Shown here piece after piece: positions 58,971 through 64,000 of a stretch of DNA of 64,000 nt. Origin of the DNA: Eledone cirrhosa. Taxonomy: Eukaryota. The notes beneath the pieces are model-generated. The model did not search any database and was not told the DNA's origin. It worked only from the letters and a program-made list of their open reading frames with translations. A program made the translations under genes and the position numbers. Positions within the stretch are counted from its first letter, which is position 1; each line of letters starts with the position of its first letter. The DNA is taken from the NCBI GenBank assembly GCA_964016885.1, contig OZ024747.1, positions 54,994,001-55,058,000 on the forward strand, read 5' to 3'.

Positions 58971-59922
58971 TAGAGTTGAGATGGAGGGTCAGTGGATTTT
59001 CTCACATCTGGTTGGTCTTTGAATGCTACTTGTTTTATATGGAAAAAAGTGGCTCGAAATGCCAGGTTTTTAGAGAATAATTTGATTGATTGGTCAATAA
59101 TTATAATAAACTTCGCGCCAGTTCGGATTACAAAGTTCTTCAAACAAGGGGGTGGAATCATAGGTGAGTGTTTGAATTTCTTTTTACTTAAAAAGAACGT
59201 AATTTGATTGGTTATAAATGAAATTATGGCTGTCACGTGGACAAGTTTTCATTAAATTTCGCGCCCGTATTTGGAAATCTATTCTGTAGCCTTTTTAGAG
59301 AATTTTATGTCAAGCAAAAGATAATGGTCAAGAGAAATGGGATGGGAGAATTGTTCTGGTTCAGTGAATATGGTTAGTTCGCTGGAGTGTCAGAATTCAG
59401 ATTTTCTATTGAAATAAAGTAAAGATATATATGTTTATTTGTGTGTGTGTGTGTGTGTGTTTGTGTGTGTGTATAGGAAGATGATTCTATTAGTAGAAAT
59501 GATGGAGAGAGTTTTGTTTGTGTGTGTGTGTATGGGTGTTGTGTGTGGGTGGGGGAGGATGTTAAGATGGAGCGAATATATATATTTTGTGTGTGTATAT
59601 ATGTGTAGGAAAGTGATTCTATTAGTAGAAATGGGGGAGGGATTTGTGTGTCTATGAGGGTGGGGGTTGTCATGTGTGTGTATGGGTGTTATGTGTGTGT
59701 GGGAGTATGGGTAGCATGTTAAAATGAAGAGAATATATATATATATATTGTCTGTGTGTGTGTAGGAAAATGATTCCATTAGTAGGAATATTTTTGAATG
59801 AACTTATTCGTATTTGTTTCCTTACTTATTATTTTCTAAAGTAGCAGATGTTATGTGTGTGTATGTTTTTGTTTGGATGGTAAGCATGTTATGGTGTTGA
59901 CATAATGTATATTAAACCATAT

Positions 59923-62239
59923 CCCAGAAAAATCATTTTTTACACCAAGGCTACAGGACCCACGACACCCGGTGGCACAAACCGATTTTCAAAAACCGAA
60001 AATAATCAACCCTTCAAATACAAACCTCTCAGCCCAACAAGTAAACATTCTCTTCAAAGGACTGAAATTCACACCAACACCACAATACTCTAACCCCAAT
60101 GAGATAAATGACGATATCTCACACTTCTGTAGAAAATTACGTCTCACAGAGGAATTCTTTGACAAGGAGAATAACGATGAATCAATTGTACGGAATAAAA
60201 GCAGCTACAGCCCAACAAAAGGTAGAAACAGAGTTCTGGACAAATTTTGTGACCACATAGCTACTTTCCCATACCATGAACTACCGCAACCTAAACCCAA
60301 ACCCAACACGAGTCGAAGGGAATGGGAGATTATCCATGAACTACAAAACAATACGGACATTATAATTAAGGAAGCGGACAAGGGAAGTACTGTTATCATT
60401 ATGGAGACTGAAAAATATAAAAATTCTATGTTCTCTCTCTTACAAAATACTAATTACAATGAAAGAGTAAAAAACTACCAGCAATCAAAAACAATGACCA
60501 GATTAAACACAGTGATTTATCGATACCAGGAAGACCTAACTAAAAAGGAACGCGATTATTTAACACATTTTGAATACAAAACCAGCAACCTTTACGGACT
60601 TCCGAAGATCCACAAGTGTAAAATAATTAACGATGCCTGTAAACAATCCACCTCAGCCTGCGTGAACACACAATACACCACAGACCTTAAATTAAGACCA
60701 ATTGTAGCGGGCCCACAATGTGAAACACACAGACTGAGCAACTTTATGGACATACTACTAAAACCAATTCTCAAACACATACCAAACCTTGTAAGAGACT
60801 ATCTAGACCTCTTAAACCACCTCCCCAAATATGTCAACAACGACAGAATTATTGTGTCTTTCGATGTAGTGAATCTCTACACAATGATCCCACACCAATA
60901 CGGACTAGAAGCAATAGGATTCAGGCTAGAGAAATATTCCAATGAGATACCTGGCAGAATAGAAAAAAGCTTCATCACGGAGGGATTAAAATTTATCTTA
61001 CGGAATAACATTTTTGATTTCGATGGCAGTATTTACAAGCAAATATCGGGGACTGCGATGGGTACAAAAGCCGCTCCAACTTATGCCAACTTAGTGATGG
61101 CATACTTAGACCAGATATATGAATAGTCCAAATAAAAATACGCATTGAACTTCCACGAATATTTAATAGAGAATTGGAAACGCTACTTGGATGATTGTCT
61201 CATTCTTTGGTCCTACACACTCGGCCAACTGAAGGATTTCAAACCTTAATAAACGGCATCAATAACCACATCCAATTCACAATGGAATACAGCTAAGATC
61301 AACTCCCATTTCTGGACATCTTAATCTTAAAAAAAGACACAAATATTGAAACTGACATACACAGCAAACCAACAGACTCCAAACAATACCTGCTATTCAC
61401 TTCCAACCATCCAAAGCACACGAAGACGAACACACCTTTTAACCTAGCAAGAAGAATTTGCACAATTGTCTCCAATTATGAAACGCGAAATAAAAGACTT
61501 CAAGAATTAAAGGAAATTCTACTCGAAAGAGAGTACCCACCATTACTAATAAATAATGGAATAGAAAGGGCTAAAGCAATAGACATTGATGAATTACGAA
61601 AACAGAAACAAATTCAAGGTACGTCCAATATTCTATCATATATCTCAACACACAACCCAAGAAATGCGGAAGCTTACAACACTATTCACAAGAAGATCCC
61701 ACTACTAAAACAAAACCTAAGAATGAAAAAAAGCCCTTGAAACACACAAAATAATCAAAAACAAAAGACAACCGCAATCACTGAAAACATTACTCACCAA
61801 TGCCAAATTACCTACCACAAACGCACAACCAACTGTCAAAAAATGTGGTCGCTCTAATTGAGGAACCTGCACTCACCTCATTGAAGGCAACACGTATACA
61901 TTTAAATCAGCACAAAATTTGGCTGTAAAAAATCACTCCACTTGCTCATCAAACAATCTATTTTATGCCATTAAATGTAAAGGATGCAATGAAAATTATA
62001 TAGGACAAAGTAAACTCACACTCAGAAACAGAATGACAGTTCATCGCCAACAATTACGAGATCCAACCACGAGACAGATACCACTAAGCGCAAATCTAGA
62101 CATATGCGCAAGTAATAAGACACCCAAATCCCAAGTTTTCCCCTTTTACCTTTGCGCTGACAATACAACAGAACAAATACGAATAAATGAGGAAAATATG
62201 TTTATTCAAAAATATAGACCAGCATTAAATATGGTTTAA
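59923..62239 (+). pseudogene. Disrupted PLE polyprotein: reverse transcriptase, C-x4-C-x2-C linker, GIY-YIG endonuclease with CCHH motif
   Basis: Stops at 61124 (TAG), 61133 (TAA), about 61294 and about 61859, plus frameshifts near 61240 and 61730, where the 13-16 kb copy has sense codons. Linker KCGRSN(C)GTC; endonuclease NLFYAIKCKGCNENYIGQS...RNRMTVHR. Confidence 0.92.
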
Positions 62240-62785
62240 TATACATTATGTCAACACCATAACATGCTAACCATCCAAACAGACACATACACACACACAT
62301 AACACCTGCTATTTTAAAAAATAAAAACCCGAAATAAATAAACCTTAACATACGTTTGCGCTTACAATACAAAAGAACAAATACGAATAAGTAAGGAAAA
62401 TATGTTCATTCAAAAATATTCCTACTAACGGAATCATTTTCCTACACACACACACACGTACACACACACAATATATATATTCTCTTCATCTTAACATGCT
62501 ACCCATACTCCCACACACACATAACACCCATACACACACATAACAAACCCCACCCCACACACACACAACTCCCTCCCCCATTTCTACTAATAGAATCACT
62601 TTCCTACACATATAATCACACACAAAATATATATATTCGCTCCATCTTAACATATTCCCCCACACACAAACACATAACACCCATATACACGCGCATACAC
62701 ACAACTCCCTCCCCCATTTCTACTAATAGAATCATCTTCCTATACACACACACACAAACACACACACACAAGCACACAAATAAAC

Positions 62786-63074
62786 ATACATATCTTTACT
62801 TTCTTTATTCAATAGAAAATCTGAATTCTGACACTCCAGCGAACTAAACATATTCACTGAACCAGAACAATTTTCCCATCCCATTTCTCTTGACCATTAT
62901 CTTTTGCTTGACAAAAAATTCTCTAAAAAGGCAACAGAATAGATTTCCAAATACGGGCGCGAAATTTAATGAAAACTTGTTCACGTGACAGCCATAATTT
63001 CATTTATAGCCAATCAAATTACCTTTATTAAAAAAAAAGCCTTCGTGAGCCCCTCTTTTAAGTAAAAAGAAATT

Positions 63075-63156
<82 letters not shown>

Positions 63157-63450
63157 TATCTTTGCTTTCTTTATTTCAATAGAAAATCTGAATTCTGACA
63201 CTCCAGCGAACTAACCATATTCACTGAACTAGAACAATTCTCCTATCCCATTTGTCTTGTCCATTATCTTTTGCTTGTCATAAAATTCTCTAAAAAGGCT
63301 ACAGAATAGATTTCCTAATATGGGCGCGAAATTTAATGAAAACTTGTCCACGTGACAGCCATAATTTCATTTATAACCAATCAAATTACGTTTATTAAAA
63401 AAAAGCCTTCGTGAGCCCTTTTTTTTAAGTAAAAAGAAATGCAAACACTC
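62786..63450 (+). repeat. Approximately 370-bp direct duplication within the PLE 3' region
   Basis: catatatctttactttc...aatagaaaatctgaattctgacactccagcg recurs near 62786 and 63154. Confidence 0.8.
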
Positions 63451-63667
63451 ATGTATGAAAAAACAACCTGATCGCACCCCCCCCCCCCCCTTGTTTGAAG
63501 AACTTTGTAACGCGAACTGGAGCGAAATTTATTATAATTATTGACCAACCAATCAAATTACTTCTCTAAAACCTGGCGTTTCGAGCCACTTTTTTCCATA
63601 TAAAACAAGTAACATTCAAAGACCAACCAGATGTGAGAAAAACCGAAGACCCTCCATCTCAACTCTA

Positions 63668-63703
63668 CTTTTGAAAAGCAGAAGAACTGCGAAACCGGTA
63701 AAG
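63668..63703 (+). ncRNA. Minimal type I hammerhead ribozyme, U3-A8 core variant, in the PLE 3' region
   Basis: ctt TTGAAAA gcag-aagaa-ctgc GAAA ccgg TA aag. Stem I ctt/aag, 4-bp stem II, palindromic CCGG stem III, GUA site. Confidence 0.75.
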
Positions 63704-63865
63704 GAACCAAATAAATATATATATATATTTTTAAATAAGACTCCAGTTGCATTTTCGATTTCATCTTTTTTTCTTTATACATTCACTCGTGTAGGACACC
63801 TCGGTTATTTTTCATTTTGTAAAAAAAACCTCACCTTCTAATATATATATATATACATTATATAA

Positions 63866-63967
<102 letters not shown>

Positions 63968-64000
63968 GTATGCATATATGTATGTATATATGTATATATG

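Larger units (their letters stand above)
58866..63841 (+). mobile_element. Penelope-like retroelement (Neptune-like), 5'-truncated, with an inverted copy of its 3' region at the 5' end, inserted in (TA)n
   Basis: RT ORF 59972-61126 (LYGLPKIHK, LRPIV, SFDVVNLYT, GTAMGTKAAPTYANL; RYLDD in the same frame at 61181) and GIY-YIG ORF 61919-62239. 58866-59922 is the reverse complement of about 62229-63775 with deletions. TA tracts on both sides. Confidence 0.93.

Noticed and set aside
61859-61861. In-frame TGA at a conserved Cys of the PLE linker, suggesting selenocysteine as in some Naiad PLEs
   Set aside because: The other copy has TGT at this codon, and this copy also has TAG/TAA stops and frameshifts, so ordinary decay explains it.

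Overview
AT-rich, microsatellite-saturated eukaryotic non-coding DNA with (TA)n, (CA)n, (GA)n, (CAT)n and (AAT)n tracts. The repeat content suggests an octopus or other coleoid genome (inference). No host protein-coding exon could be supported; almost all listed ORFs are microsatellite artefacts. Recognisable elements: two decayed Penelope-like retroelements (PLEs: RT + Cys-rich linker + GIY-YIG, Neptune-like), two RTE-LINE 3' fragments, more than 20 copies of a tRNA-derived SINE (one internally amplified into an 8-unit array), and several other repeats. The main hidden signal is a set of about nine sequence-unrelated short elements, each embedded in (TA)n and each carrying a whole or partial type I hammerhead ribozyme (HHR) fold. 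Most are arranged as a head-to-head fold-back: a truncated inverted arm plus a full arm with an extra 3' tail. The HHRs include the U3-A8 compensatory core, position-4 variants and 54-77 nt stem II insertions. Their tails share a covarying stem about 50 nt from the 3' end, also present in the large PLE. This points to a microsatellite-targeting, ribozyme-processed PLE system with many non-autonomous or truncated families. All folds were read by eye; none was computed or tested.
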